Assembly: GCA_035568395.1 (NCBI GenBank)
Contig: DATMOF010000006.1
Span: 28,393 to 92,392 of the forward strand
DNA from: Mucilaginibacter sp.
Lineage (GTDB): Bacteria > Bacteroidota > Bacteroidia > Sphingobacteriales > Sphingobacteriaceae
Length of the DNA: 64,000 nt
Direction of reading: 5' to 3'
Every line of letters begins with the position of its first letter. Position 1 is the first letter of the stretch. A program made the position numbers and the translations under genes. The notes under the pieces are model-generated. The model saw only the letters and a list, made by a program, of their open reading frames with translations, searched no databases and was not told where the DNA came from. Below are positions 49,250-57,957 of this stretch, piece after piece.

Positions 49250-52200
49250 ATGGTGGCCTGCAAGTTTTTCCCTCTCCTGGTATTGCGTACGCCTGTTTAT
49301 CCCATCAAAAATTATAATCCGGCCCAGCTTAAAGCATATATCAAAGATCCCTTTTTTCAAAAAGCACTGCTGCTGGCGAGCAGGGTACTGTATGTAGAAC
49401 TCAAAAAGGCCGGTTTTGATCACGGGAAGCTAAACAAGAAAGAAAGAACGGCTTTATTGAAATACCTGAACCGGATGTGTTTCCGCCCCACCCCATTCGG
49501 GCTTTTTTCTGCATTTTCCGCTACTGAATGGTCCGCAGACGGTCATTTGAATTTGGGCAGCAGCACTATACACATTAAAAACAGCTTTGCCGCGCAAATA
49601 AATGCGGCACAAATGGTAAAATCGGCAGCAGGGCCGGAAGACCACTGTTACCAGACCAATCAAACCATTTACCCGTACGGGGATGAAATCAGATATTTGG
49701 CCTGTTTCCCCAACGACCAGCAAAACGCTTTTGAGTTTTCCATCCGCTCAATTAACAGCCACGCCGTGTTAAAACAACTCTTCACCTTTTGCAAAAAAAA
49801 GAAGCATTTTGAAACGATAAAAAACTTTCTGGGTAGCAAGTCAGGGATAACCGCAGCGGAAGCTAAGCAATTGCTTAAAGAGCTGATCGACGTGCAGGCG
49901 CTGACCGACGACCAGGCACCCCATATAACCGGCCGGGATACCGTGCCGCTGATGAATGCAACCAGCATGGGTAAGCCTGAAGACCCGGCACCCGGGGCAC
50001 CGCCCGAGCAGCTGCCGGTTAAACCGGAAACGATCATGCCTGACGCTGATTATTATGTCAACATGGAAAAAGCGGCAACCGGCGCCTTGGATACCGGTTT
50101 CCAGGGGACGATCCTGAAAGGTGTTGAATGTTTGTATTGGCTCAACGTAGCCGGCTTAGCCGCGAACAACCCGTTATGGCAGTTTATACGCGATTTTAAC
50201 CAGCAGTTTGAAGGCCGGCTTATGCCTTTATTATATGTGCTGGACCCTGGTGCCGGCATAGGGTACAAAAACCTTGCCGGGAACGATGAAAAAAGCACAT
50301 TGCTTAGCGACATCAACTGGCAGGACAGGCACGAGAAGCGGACAAATACTGCCGGCTGGACAAATACCCATGCGCTGCTGCTTTCGAAATGGAAAAACAA
50401 TCATCCCGGCAGCTTCACCAAAGTCATTTCATTATCAGCCAGTGATATAGCGCCGTTAAAGATTATGGACAGCGCCCCTGCCCTTCCGCCAACCATATCT
50501 GTATTGTTCCGGGTCATAGACGACCAGGTGCTAATTGAAAGCGCGGGCGGGGCGACAGCCAATGCGCTGATCGGGCGCTTTACACCGTTTAATGACTGCA
50601 TCCGGCGGCTGGGGTCTTCCATTGCCGCAATGGAAACACAGCATAACCCGGATGTTGTCTTCGCAGAGATAGCTCATATTTGTGATTTCCACACAGCCAA
50701 TATCAACCGGCGCGAACATCTTTATCCTTACGAAATCCCCGTGATGGCTGGTTCCCTGGTGCCGGCGGCCCGTCAGATCCCCCTCAATGACTTATGGGTA
50801 ACTGTGATAAACGGCGAGGTTATCCTGCAGTCAAAAAGGTTAAACAAGCGGGTTATACCCCGCTTGAGTTCTGCTTTCAATCACACGAGAAACAATCTTT
50901 CCATATTCCGTTTCCTTTGCGACCTGCAGTACCAGGGCGTCCATGCCGGCCTTGGGCTGGACCTAAATGCATACTTTCCAAACCTGGATTATTATCCGCG
51001 CGTGGAATGCCTGAATACTGTGCTGGCTTTGGCAACCTGGCGGGTCTCCAGGCAACAATGGCAGTCCGTCCTGGACACGGCTGACCCTGGAGACCGGTCA
51101 GGGCGTTTTAGGGCGTTTAAAAAAAGCCTGCGCCTGCCACATTGGATCGCCCTGACGGTACACGACCATCAGTTGGTTTTTAATTTAAGCAAACAGGATC
51201 ATATTGATTTTTTCCTGCAGGTCATCAAAGACCAGGAGCAGGTCACGATCAAGGAATTTCTTTCCTCCCGTGAAAAAAAAGCGGCCGTCACGGACAAGTT
51301 GCATAAGCCGTTTATTAACCAGTTTGTCGCTTCACTGTACCATGAGCAGCAGGTATATACAGCAAAGGCCGCCCCTTTCCCTGAAACTGCTGATGAGCTG
51401 TTCCGGAAAGTACCGCCGGGAACGGACTGGCTGTATTTTAAAGTGTATTGTCATCCTTCCCGGCAAAACGAATTGCTGGCCACAACGATCAGTCCCCTTG
51501 TGAAAAGCCTGTTCAAAAGACATTTGATCAGTGCGTGGTTCTTTGTGCGGTATGCCGATCCCGAACCGCATGTACGTTTCCGGCTCAGGACGGGCAGGAA
51601 TAATGCTCATCGTGCATTCCGGTTCAGCTGCCGGATGCTCAACGGAGCAATCAAGCGGCAGGCCGTGCGCCATTACAGCATTTCCGTTTACGAACGGGAA
51701 CTGGAACGCTACGGCGCTCAAACGATTCCGATTTTTGAGCATATTTTTTTTTCAAGCAGCAAGCTGGTGCTGAGCTACATGGAGACACCCGATGCTGGTG
51801 ATACCAGCATGACGCTGGAAGACTTTGCTTTTTCAGATGTATGTGTGATACTCCACGCCCTTGGTTTCACTGACGAAACGGCGGTTCATTTCCTGCAGTC
51901 ATTGTCAAACAGCTTCATGAAAGAGTTTGAACAGCCCGACTTAAAGTATCAGCTGGATCTAAAATACAGAGCTTTGGAAAAACGGATCAGCCACGTTTTA
52001 GCAACTGACCGGCGAATTTCTGGCTCCCCCCGTATCCGTACCGCTTGCCGGGAATTTACCGGGTCGTTAAAAACGCTTTTTTCCGGGACCGGTTCCAAGC
52101 CACCCGCCCAGGTAGCGAAATGGACTGCCGACATCATACATATGCACCTCAACCGGTTGTTTACGGAGGAAGCGCGCAGGCAGGAACTGGTGGTTTATTA

Positions 52201-52276
52201 TTGCCTGTTCAAATATGAGAAATCACTGAGGATGCGGCAGCTGAAAAAGATATCGCAGGGTGGCTGCCCTGCATGA
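49250..52276 (+). CDS. Class I lanthipeptide-type dehydratase (LanB; glutamylation plus elimination domains)
   Basis: LRTP start; YLNRMCFRPTPFGLF; elimination-domain motifs WLYFKVY, WFFVRYADPEPHVRFRL, YERELERYG and HMHLNRL. Confidence 0.92.
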   Translation: MVACKFFPLLVLRTPVYPIKNYNPAQLKAYIKDPFFQKALLLASRVLYVELKKAGFDHGKLNKKERTALLKYLNRMCFRPTPFGLFSAFSATEWSADGHLNLGSSTIHIKNSFAAQINAAQMVKSAAGPEDHCYQTNQTIYPYGDEIRYLACFPNDQQNAFEFSIRSINSHAVLKQLFTFCKKKKHFETIKNFLGSKSGITAAEAKQLLKELIDVQALTDDQAPHITGRDTVPLMNATSMGKPEDPAPGAPPEQLPVKPETIMPDADYYVNMEKAATGALDTGFQGTILKGVECLYWLNVAGLAANNPLWQFIRDFNQQFEGRLMPLLYVLDPGAGIGYKNLAGNDEKSTLLSDINWQDRHEKRTNTAGWTNTHALLLSKWKNNHPGSFTKVISLSASDIAPLKIMDSAPALPPTISVLFRVIDDQVLIESAGGATANALIGRFTPFNDCIRRLGSSIAAMETQHNPDVVFAEIAHICDFHTANINRREHLYPYEIPVMAGSLVPAARQIPLNDLWVTVINGEVILQSKRLNKRVIPRLSSAFNHTRNNLSIFRFLCDLQYQGVHAGLGLDLNAYFPNLDYYPRVECLNTVLALATWRVSRQQWQSVLDTADPGDRSGRFRAFKKSLRLPHWIALTVHDHQLVFNLSKQDHIDFFLQVIKDQEQVTIKEFLSSREKKAAVTDKLHKPFINQFVASLYHEQQVYTAKAAPFPETADELFRKVPPGTDWLYFKVYCHPSRQNELLATTISPLVKSLFKRHLISAWFFVRYADPEPHVRFRLRTGRNNAHRAFRFSCRMLNGAIKRQAVRHYSISVYERELERYGAQTIPIFEHIFFSSSKLVLSYMETPDAGDTSMTLEDFAFSDVCVILHALGFTDETAVHFLQSLSNSFMKEFEQPDLKYQLDLKYRALEKRISHVLATDRRISGSPRIRTACREFTGSLKTLFSGTGSKPPAQVAKWTADIIHMHLNRLFTEEARRQELVVYYCLFKYEKSLRMRQLKKISQGGCPA

Positions 52277-52283
52277 GCGCGCA

Positions 52284-53357
52284 TCACAGAGCCACCAGCA
52301 AGTGAATGCGGAACATCTCGTCGCCGTCTGTGATGTTCAGGTCAAAATTATTGCCGTAATAATTGGTCAACCTGGTTCTCGTGTTTTCGATGCCGATGCC
52401 CCACCCGGCTGAACGCTGTTTCGTTTTTTTCAGGTTCTGACAGTGCATCTCCAGTATATGGTTATTACAGGTAATGGCGACCCGGGCCGGGAAATCCGGC
52501 TTTGATAAGTCACCATGTTTATAAATATTTTCCACAAATGAAAGTAATACCAGTGGTATAATGGCTTCTCCCTGGAATGCACCTTTCGCGGAAAGGCTGA
52601 TGTTTAAACGCTCCTTAAAGCGCAACTGGTTGATCTTCACCAGGTTTTTGAGGTGGTCAATTTCATTTTCCAGGGGCACCTTCCCGTTAACGCCCGCATC
52701 CGACAGCGAATAGCGCATCATATCCGACAGCAACAGAATAGCGCCCGCGGCAGAATCCGACAATTTCCTGACCGAATTATAAATTAAGCTCAACGTATTG
52801 AACAACAGATGCGGATTCAGCTGGGACCGCAGATAGGCGTTTTGTGCTTTGATCAGGTTCTTTTCCAGTTCTGCACTGTTTATTTCCTGCCGTAGCCTGA
52901 GATTTTCCAGCTCCAGGATCATTTTTCTTTGTTTTGCCATTATCCTGGCAAACCAATAGGCTATACTGAATCCAATAAAATACACCCCCCGGTAAATACT
53001 TTGGATGAAAAAAACTTCAGTATTAAAAACATTGGCCTTTGGGTGGATGTGAACATAAATGAGCAATTTACTAATAAGGAATTGCAGACAGAGATAAACA
53101 CTCAGCTCACCAACGAGCAATAGACCTATCCCCAGGTACCGGTATCTGAACCGACTGAAGATGAATTCAAAAAAACGGGCGTTAAAATAAAACAGGCAGA
53201 TATTAAGTGTATAATGTAAGGCATAATCCCAAATACTATAATCAGCCGTGCTGGCCAAATGGAGATACGATACTTCATAGGCCACGAATAGCAGCCAGAC
53301 AACAGCGTGCCTGCCCACTGTTGTAACAGTTCGCTTATAGTCCATAAAAACGGCCAC
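52284..53357 (-). CDS. LytS/YehU-type sensor histidine kinase
   Basis: N-terminal TM helices with no large periplasmic domain; H-box SQLNPHLLFNTL; FVENIYKHG and GIGIENTRTRL motifs. Confidence 0.92.
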   Translation of the reverse strand: MAVFMDYKRTVTTVGRHAVVWLLFVAYEVSYLHLASTADYSIWDYALHYTLNICLFYFNARFFEFIFSRFRYRYLGIGLLLVGELSVYLCLQFLISKLLIYVHIHPKANVFNTEVFFIQSIYRGVYFIGFSIAYWFARIMAKQRKMILELENLRLRQEINSAELEKNLIKAQNAYLRSQLNPHLLFNTLSLIYNSVRKLSDSAAGAILLLSDMMRYSLSDAGVNGKVPLENEIDHLKNLVKINQLRFKERLNISLSAKGAFQGEAIIPLVLLSFVENIYKHGDLSKPDFPARVAITCNNHILEMHCQNLKKTKQRSAGWGIGIENTRTRLTNYYGNNFDLNITDGDEMFRIHLLVAL

Positions 53358-53458
53358 AATTTAATTAATTGATTCCATCTATTGCTTATCGCGATTGGTG
53401 TAAAATGTTCTTTAACGCATCCACAAGCTTTTAATTTAATACTTAAAAATAACAAATT

Positions 53459-53602
53459 ATGAAAGTATTGAAAAAGAAGATTAATTTAAATGCAAAAAGT
53501 GTATTTAAATTTCAAAAGAGCATGCCAAAAGCAGGATCGCCGGAAACCACAGACCCAACTACTTCTACCAGTACCACGGTGTCGACACTTATGGGCTTTT
53601 AG
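53459..53602 (+). CDS. Putative RiPP precursor, 47 aa, Cys-free, Ser/Thr-rich core (not in ORF track)
   Basis: My translation: MKVLKKKINLNAKSVFKFQKSMPKAGSPETTDPTTSTSTTVSTLMGF*. Basic leader, AT-rich upstream region, and its own hairpin terminator. Confidence 0.8.
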   Translation: MKVLKKKINLNAKSVFKFQKSMPKAGSPETTDPTTSTSTTVSTLMGF

Positions 53603-53611
53603 AAAGGGGTT

Positions 53612-53651
53612 AGCGGTGTATTTTTGTTCATTTCAGGAATACACCGCTTTT
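53612..53651 (+). terminator. Terminator or attenuator after the precursor
   Basis: AGCGGTGTATT-N15-AATACACCGCT followed by TTT. Confidence 0.65.
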
Positions 53652-53743
53652 GCCATTTGGGCTGGGTTTGTTCTTTATTAAAATATTTTCAATATCGGTA
53701 TAGTTAACTGTAAATTGTGTAATTTTAATCATATTGCACTGAT

Positions 53744-54463
53744 ATGATTACTTGTTATGTCGTAGACGATGAATATCACGCAATAGAAATATTATGTGAT
53801 ATTATTGAAAATATCCCCGGGCTGCAGCTACTTGGCCACACCACAAACCCTTTAAACGCCCTGGAATTTATTACCACACAGGTTCCTCCGGACCTGACTT
53901 TTGCGGATATCAATATGCCGGAAATGACCGGAATTGAATTTGCTGCGCTGGTGAACGACTATACGACCGTTGTTTTTACAACTGCCTATGATCATTTTGC
54001 GGTAGAGGCTTTTGAAAAAGAAGCATTCGATTATTTGCTAAAGCCCGTTACCCGTGAACGCTTTTTAAAATGCCTGACGAAATACAGGAAAGGCCATAAA
54101 CCAAATATACAGGCTAAAGAAGAATATTTTTATATCAAAGGCGATATAAAAGGAAAAATGATACGTGTGATCACAGCGGATATTATGTATATCGAAGGCG
54201 CTTTAAACTACGTTATTATTCATATGGCGGACGGCAAGCACGAGATCACTTACCTGACAATGGGCGAATTGCAAAACCAATTGTCCGGGCATTTCCTGCG
54301 GGTTCACCGTTCTTTTATTGTCAATAGCGACAAGATCAAGACCGTCGGCGGAAACAGTATTGTACTGGACGACAAAACCGTCCTTAGCATTGGGACTGTA
54401 TATAAAAACGATGTTTTTGATTCGCTGAACAGGCGATTGATCAAGACGAAAAGAATACTGTAG
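53744..54463 (+). CDS. LytTR family response regulator
   Basis: Receiver motifs VVDDE, FADINMP, FTTAY and YLLKP; LytTR domain FLRVHRSFIVN. Confidence 0.95.
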   Translation: MITCYVVDDEYHAIEILCDIIENIPGLQLLGHTTNPLNALEFITTQVPPDLTFADINMPEMTGIEFAALVNDYTTVVFTTAYDHFAVEAFEKEAFDYLLKPVTRERFLKCLTKYRKGHKPNIQAKEEYFYIKGDIKGKMIRVITADIMYIEGALNYVIIHMADGKHEITYLTMGELQNQLSGHFLRVHRSFIVNSDKIKTVGGNSIVLDDKTVLSIGTVYKNDVFDSLNRRLIKTKRIL

Positions 54464-54499
54464 ATTTTCCTATAATTCCCGGTTTTTAAATAAAGAACG

Positions 54500-54675
54500 C
54501 TATTCGTCTCATCGAACACCGCCTTCACCATTTCTTTTACCCAGATCATCTTATCGGCCTTTTTGGGATGCTTCAAAAAATACGCGTTCCGCTCGGCGAA
54601 GTGCCAGTCGATTACCTCCATACAGGCATCCAGCGATTCATAATCCCTGTTTAATTGATATACTTTTTTGCAGAA
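54500..54675 (-). mobile_element. Probable degenerate transposase C-terminal fragment (IS630-like)
   Basis: Minus frame reads ..LNRDYESLDACMEVIDWHFAERNAYFLKHPKKADKMIWVKE.., which from memory resembles the NSDY..V..C..AID.YF.ERN..F..NP..AG..IWGKE tail of some IS630-family transposases. No start or terminal repeats found. Confidence 0.45.
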
Positions 54676-54702
54676 AACCGCTTAAAAGAGCTTTAAACGC
54701 AG

Positions 54703-54728
54703 AAAAGCCTTACTTTCGTAAGGCTTTT
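54703..54728. terminator. Terminator downstream of tRNA-Asp
   Basis: AAAAGCCTTAC-loop-GTAAGGCTTTT. Confidence 0.8.
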
Positions 54729-54740
54729 TCAATGTTTCCG

Positions 54741-54814
54741 CGGAATGGACGGGACTCGAACCCGCGACCCCGTGCGTGACAGGCACGTATTCTAACCAGC
54801 TGAACTACCACTCC
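54741..54814 (-). tRNA. tRNA-Asp(GTC)
   Basis: GGAGTGGTAGTTCAGCTGGTTAGAATACGTGCCTGTCACGCACGGGGTCGCGGGTTCGAGTCCCGTCCATTCCG forms a full cloverleaf with anticodon GTC; CCA is not encoded. Confidence 0.97.
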
Positions 54815-55093
54815 GGTTATCCAAAAGTTTCCCTTTGGACGGGCTGCAAATATACGCAGCATTTTCTATAACACAAGCTGTTTTTTCAAAAACTTAAAAA
54901 GAAGAGAATCTGGGTTGTAAACAGTTGAAATTCAATCTCCTTACAGGCTGGTTTTTTTTGTTAATAAATACATTTGTGCTTATGGCATAAAATTCTGTAG
55001 TTTTATAACAAAGATTAAACACCTGCGGAGAACAATATTTACAGGGCATTTATATTGCCGCCGGTTGAAAAATTGCTAATTGTTTTTTTTCAG

Positions 55094-55121
55094 AAAGCCG
55101 TTCCGCAGGAGGAACGGCTTT
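55094..55121. terminator. Terminator of the MFS efflux operon
   Basis: AAAGCCGTTCC-loop-GGAACGGCTTT. Confidence 0.8.
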
Positions 55122-55127
55122 TTCTGT

Positions 55128-56675
55128 TTAATGGGCGTCTACAGGCATCTTCACCGCCTTTTTAAAGGGCTGCAGGTAAAGCAATGGTATGGAGAACAGC
55201 ATTACCAATCCCGATATCCAATAGGCATCGTCATAGGTGAGCAGCATCGTTTGCTTCATTACAGCTCCTTCAATTGCCGCGTAGGCCATGTGCGTGGCGT
55301 CTATTACAGATTTACCCTTGGCAACAAACCCGTGCATCAGCAAACTGAACCTGTCGTTAAAGGCCGGGTTGTAAATATTGATATTAGATAGCAGGTTATT
55401 GCGGTGAACACCCTCGCGCAAGTGTATAATGGTAGTGAGCGTTGCGATACCGAACGAACCACCAAGCTGGCGCATCATGTTGTTTAAGCCCGTGCCCTGG
55501 CCCAGTTCGGGGCCCTTGAGGTCGGCGATAGCCAGCGTGGTAAGCGGAACAAATAATAGCGCCATACCTACACCCCTTATCAGCAGCGGTATCAATACAT
55601 CGGCCTGCCCGGTGCTCAGCGTCGAATTGCTGAGCATCGTGGTAAACACAAAGAACATGAACATACCTGCCGTAGCCATAAATTGCGCCGGGATACCCCT
55701 GTTGAGCATCTTACCGATAAATGGCATCATCACAATGGTACACAACCCACCGGGGAACAGCAGCTCGCCGGTTTGCTGCGCGGTAAAGCCAAGCAAATTC
55801 TGGCAAAACACCGGGAACACAAATACCGACCCGTACAGACCGAAACCAAGCACAAACGAGGTAAACATACCCACGGCAAAGCTGCGGTGCCGCATAATGC
55901 CGAAGTTTACGATCGGGTGGTCGGTGCTAAGCTCGCGCCATATAAAGCAGATGGTGCCAATAATGGCGGTGATGGTAAGCAGCAATATGTAGGGTTTGGC
56001 AAACCAGTCTTCCGATTCGCCCTTTTCCAGGATGGTTTGCAAGCTGCCCACCGCTACGGCAAGCAGGCCGATGCCCCACCAGTCGATGGGTTTTCCCTTC
56101 GCTTCCTTTGGTGTTTTATGAATAAACGTATAAGCGCAAAATGCCGCTATTGCCCCCACCGGGATGTTCACATAAAATATCCACCGCCACGAGGTGTGGT
56201 CGGTAATATAACCCCCAATGGTAGGACCGACGGTTGGGCCAACAACCGCGCCTAAACCGAATAAAGCGGTTGCGGTACCGATCTGTTCGCGCGGCCAGGT
56301 TTCAATCAGGATAGCCTGCGAGGTTGAAATCAATCCCCCGCCCGCAAGGCCCTGTAATATACGGAAGATGACCAGCTCGCTCAAGCCGTGCGCATTACCA
56401 CATAAAAACGAGGCGATGGTAAATACGATGATCGAAGTAATAAAGTAATTCTTCCGCCCGAACCGGCTCCCCAGCCAGCCCGACATCGGCAGGATGATCA
56501 CATTCGCTACAGCGTAGCCTGTAACCACCCACGCAATATCTTCGAGTGTAGCGCCCAGGTTACCCTGTATATCAGGTAAGGATACATTCACGATCGTGGT
56601 ATCGATCAGCTCCAGCAACGAAGCAACGATAACCGTAATGGTAATGATCCACTTTTTAAAGCCAGTTTCTGCCAT
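55128..56675 (-). CDS. DHA2 family MFS efflux permease (EmrB/QacA-like)
   Basis: LIDTTIVNVSLP, WLGSRFGRK and WRWIFYVNIPVG motifs; about 14 TMs. Confidence 0.95.
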   Translation of the reverse strand: MAETGFKKWIITITVIVASLLELIDTTIVNVSLPDIQGNLGATLEDIAWVVTGYAVANVIILPMSGWLGSRFGRKNYFITSIIVFTIASFLCGNAHGLSELVIFRILQGLAGGGLISTSQAILIETWPREQIGTATALFGLGAVVGPTVGPTIGGYITDHTSWRWIFYVNIPVGAIAAFCAYTFIHKTPKEAKGKPIDWWGIGLLAVAVGSLQTILEKGESEDWFAKPYILLLTITAIIGTICFIWRELSTDHPIVNFGIMRHRSFAVGMFTSFVLGFGLYGSVFVFPVFCQNLLGFTAQQTGELLFPGGLCTIVMMPFIGKMLNRGIPAQFMATAGMFMFFVFTTMLSNSTLSTGQADVLIPLLIRGVGMALLFVPLTTLAIADLKGPELGQGTGLNNMMRQLGGSFGIATLTTIIHLREGVHRNNLLSNINIYNPAFNDRFSLLMHGFVAKGKSVIDATHMAYAAIEGAVMKQTMLLTYDDAYWISGLVMLFSIPLLYLQPFKKAVKMPVDAH

Positions 56676-56716
56676 TATGATATTTTTATCTTACGTAAAG
56701 AGCCGGAAGCTCAATT

Positions 56717-56797
56717 AATATCGAACACCGAATGCTGAATTTTGAATGATGAAGTTCAACTTCGATGTTGGACATTCGGCATTCATTATTCGATATT
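56717..56797. repeat. Nested palindromic intergenic element
   Basis: Nested arms AATATCGAA/TTCGATATT, CCGAATG/CATTCGG and GAAGTT/AACTTC. Confidence 0.65.
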
Positions 56798-56800
56798 CTT

Positions 56801-57865
56801 TTAGTTTTTATATATCACCGATACAGCCACGCTCATCCCTGGCCGAAGCTTTGCCATGTCCTCTGCTGAACCATTGATCTTTATCTTAACAGGTACCCGC
56901 TGAACCACCTTAACAAAGTTACCGGTAGCGTTATCAGGGGGCAGCAGTGAGAATTTAGCGCCTGTTGCCGGCGAAAAGTTATATACTGATCCGGTCAATT
57001 TTAAGTTGGGATAGGCGTCCACATCAATATTTACTTTTTGGCCATTCTGTATTTTATCCAGCTGAGTCTCTTTAAAGTTGGCTGTGATATAAATGCTGTT
57101 ATCGTTAACGATAGAAAATAACGTTTGCCCGGCCTGCACCAGTTGCCCTACCTGCACATTCTTTTTCGATACTATTCCGCTCGACGGCGCCTTAACGGTT
57201 GTGTAAGATAACTGCAGCTTAGCATAATCTACGTCCACCTGGCGCTGCGACACGCCTTTGTTGGTTACATTTAATTCGCTTCGCGTAGCGCCAACCTGCT
57301 CTTGCGCAGCTTTATACTGGTCTTGTGAACTCTGGTAGTTTGCTTGTGCCACTTCCAGGTCGGCTTTTGCCTGGTCAAACTGCTGGCGGGTTATTGAGCC
57401 GTCCTGTACCAGGTTGGCATACCGCTGGTAATCTTTTTTTACCTTATCAAGCTGCGCTGCCGCAGATGTTACTTTGGCCCTGGCGGCAGCAGAATTGGCG
57501 GTATTCTCATAAATTTGAGATTGCCCGACGCCAACATTGGCGCTTGCGCCGGTTACAGCAGCTTGTGCTTGTTCAACCTTAACTTTATAGTCGCGGTCGT
57601 CAATTTTAACCAGCACCTGGTCTTTGTTAACATGGGTGTTTTCCTCGAAATAGATACTGTCCACATACCCGCTTACACGTGCAACAACCGGGCTAATATC
57701 GCCATCAATTTGCGCGTCGTCCGTATCTACGTGTTTCCCGTAGTATATATACTCTTTTATCCCGAAAACGACACCCGCAAGCAGTATGATACCTAATACG
57801 ATCGGCAATACTCTGTTGGGTTTCTTTTTAGTTTCAGTTGTGTGGGTTTCGTGTTCCTTTGCCAT
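56801..57865 (-). CDS. HlyD/EmrA family efflux adaptor
   Basis: TDDAQIDG, ANFKETQL and LPPDNATGNFVKVVQRVPVKI motifs. Confidence 0.95.
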   Translation of the reverse strand: MAKEHETHTTETKKKPNRVLPIVLGIILLAGVVFGIKEYIYYGKHVDTDDAQIDGDISPVVARVSGYVDSIYFEENTHVNKDQVLVKIDDRDYKVKVEQAQAAVTGASANVGVGQSQIYENTANSAAARAKVTSAAAQLDKVKKDYQRYANLVQDGSITRQQFDQAKADLEVAQANYQSSQDQYKAAQEQVGATRSELNVTNKGVSQRQVDVDYAKLQLSYTTVKAPSSGIVSKKNVQVGQLVQAGQTLFSIVNDNSIYITANFKETQLDKIQNGQKVNIDVDAYPNLKLTGSVYNFSPATGAKFSLLPPDNATGNFVKVVQRVPVKIKINGSAEDMAKLRPGMSVAVSVIYKN

Positions 57866-57957
57866 TATATTTTTAATTATTGAATGAGTGAGTTAGTGAA
57901 TGGGTGATTTAGTTTGTTTAAATTATCTGCACATCTGGAATCTGCACATCCGCACAT

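Noticed and set aside
49250-52276. PEARL (peptide aminoacyl-tRNA ligase) or thiopeptide assignment for the LanB
   Set aside because: The elimination domain is present and fused, unlike PEARLs, and there are no YcaO or pyridine synthase genes.
53490-53681. ORF-track 63-aa ORF MQKVYLNF…
   Set aside because: It overlaps the better-supported precursor in another frame and runs through the terminator hairpin.
54304-54621. 105-aa minus ORF as an intact gene
   Set aside because: Its 3' half is antisense to the LytTR gene; the 5' half is better explained as a transposase remnant.
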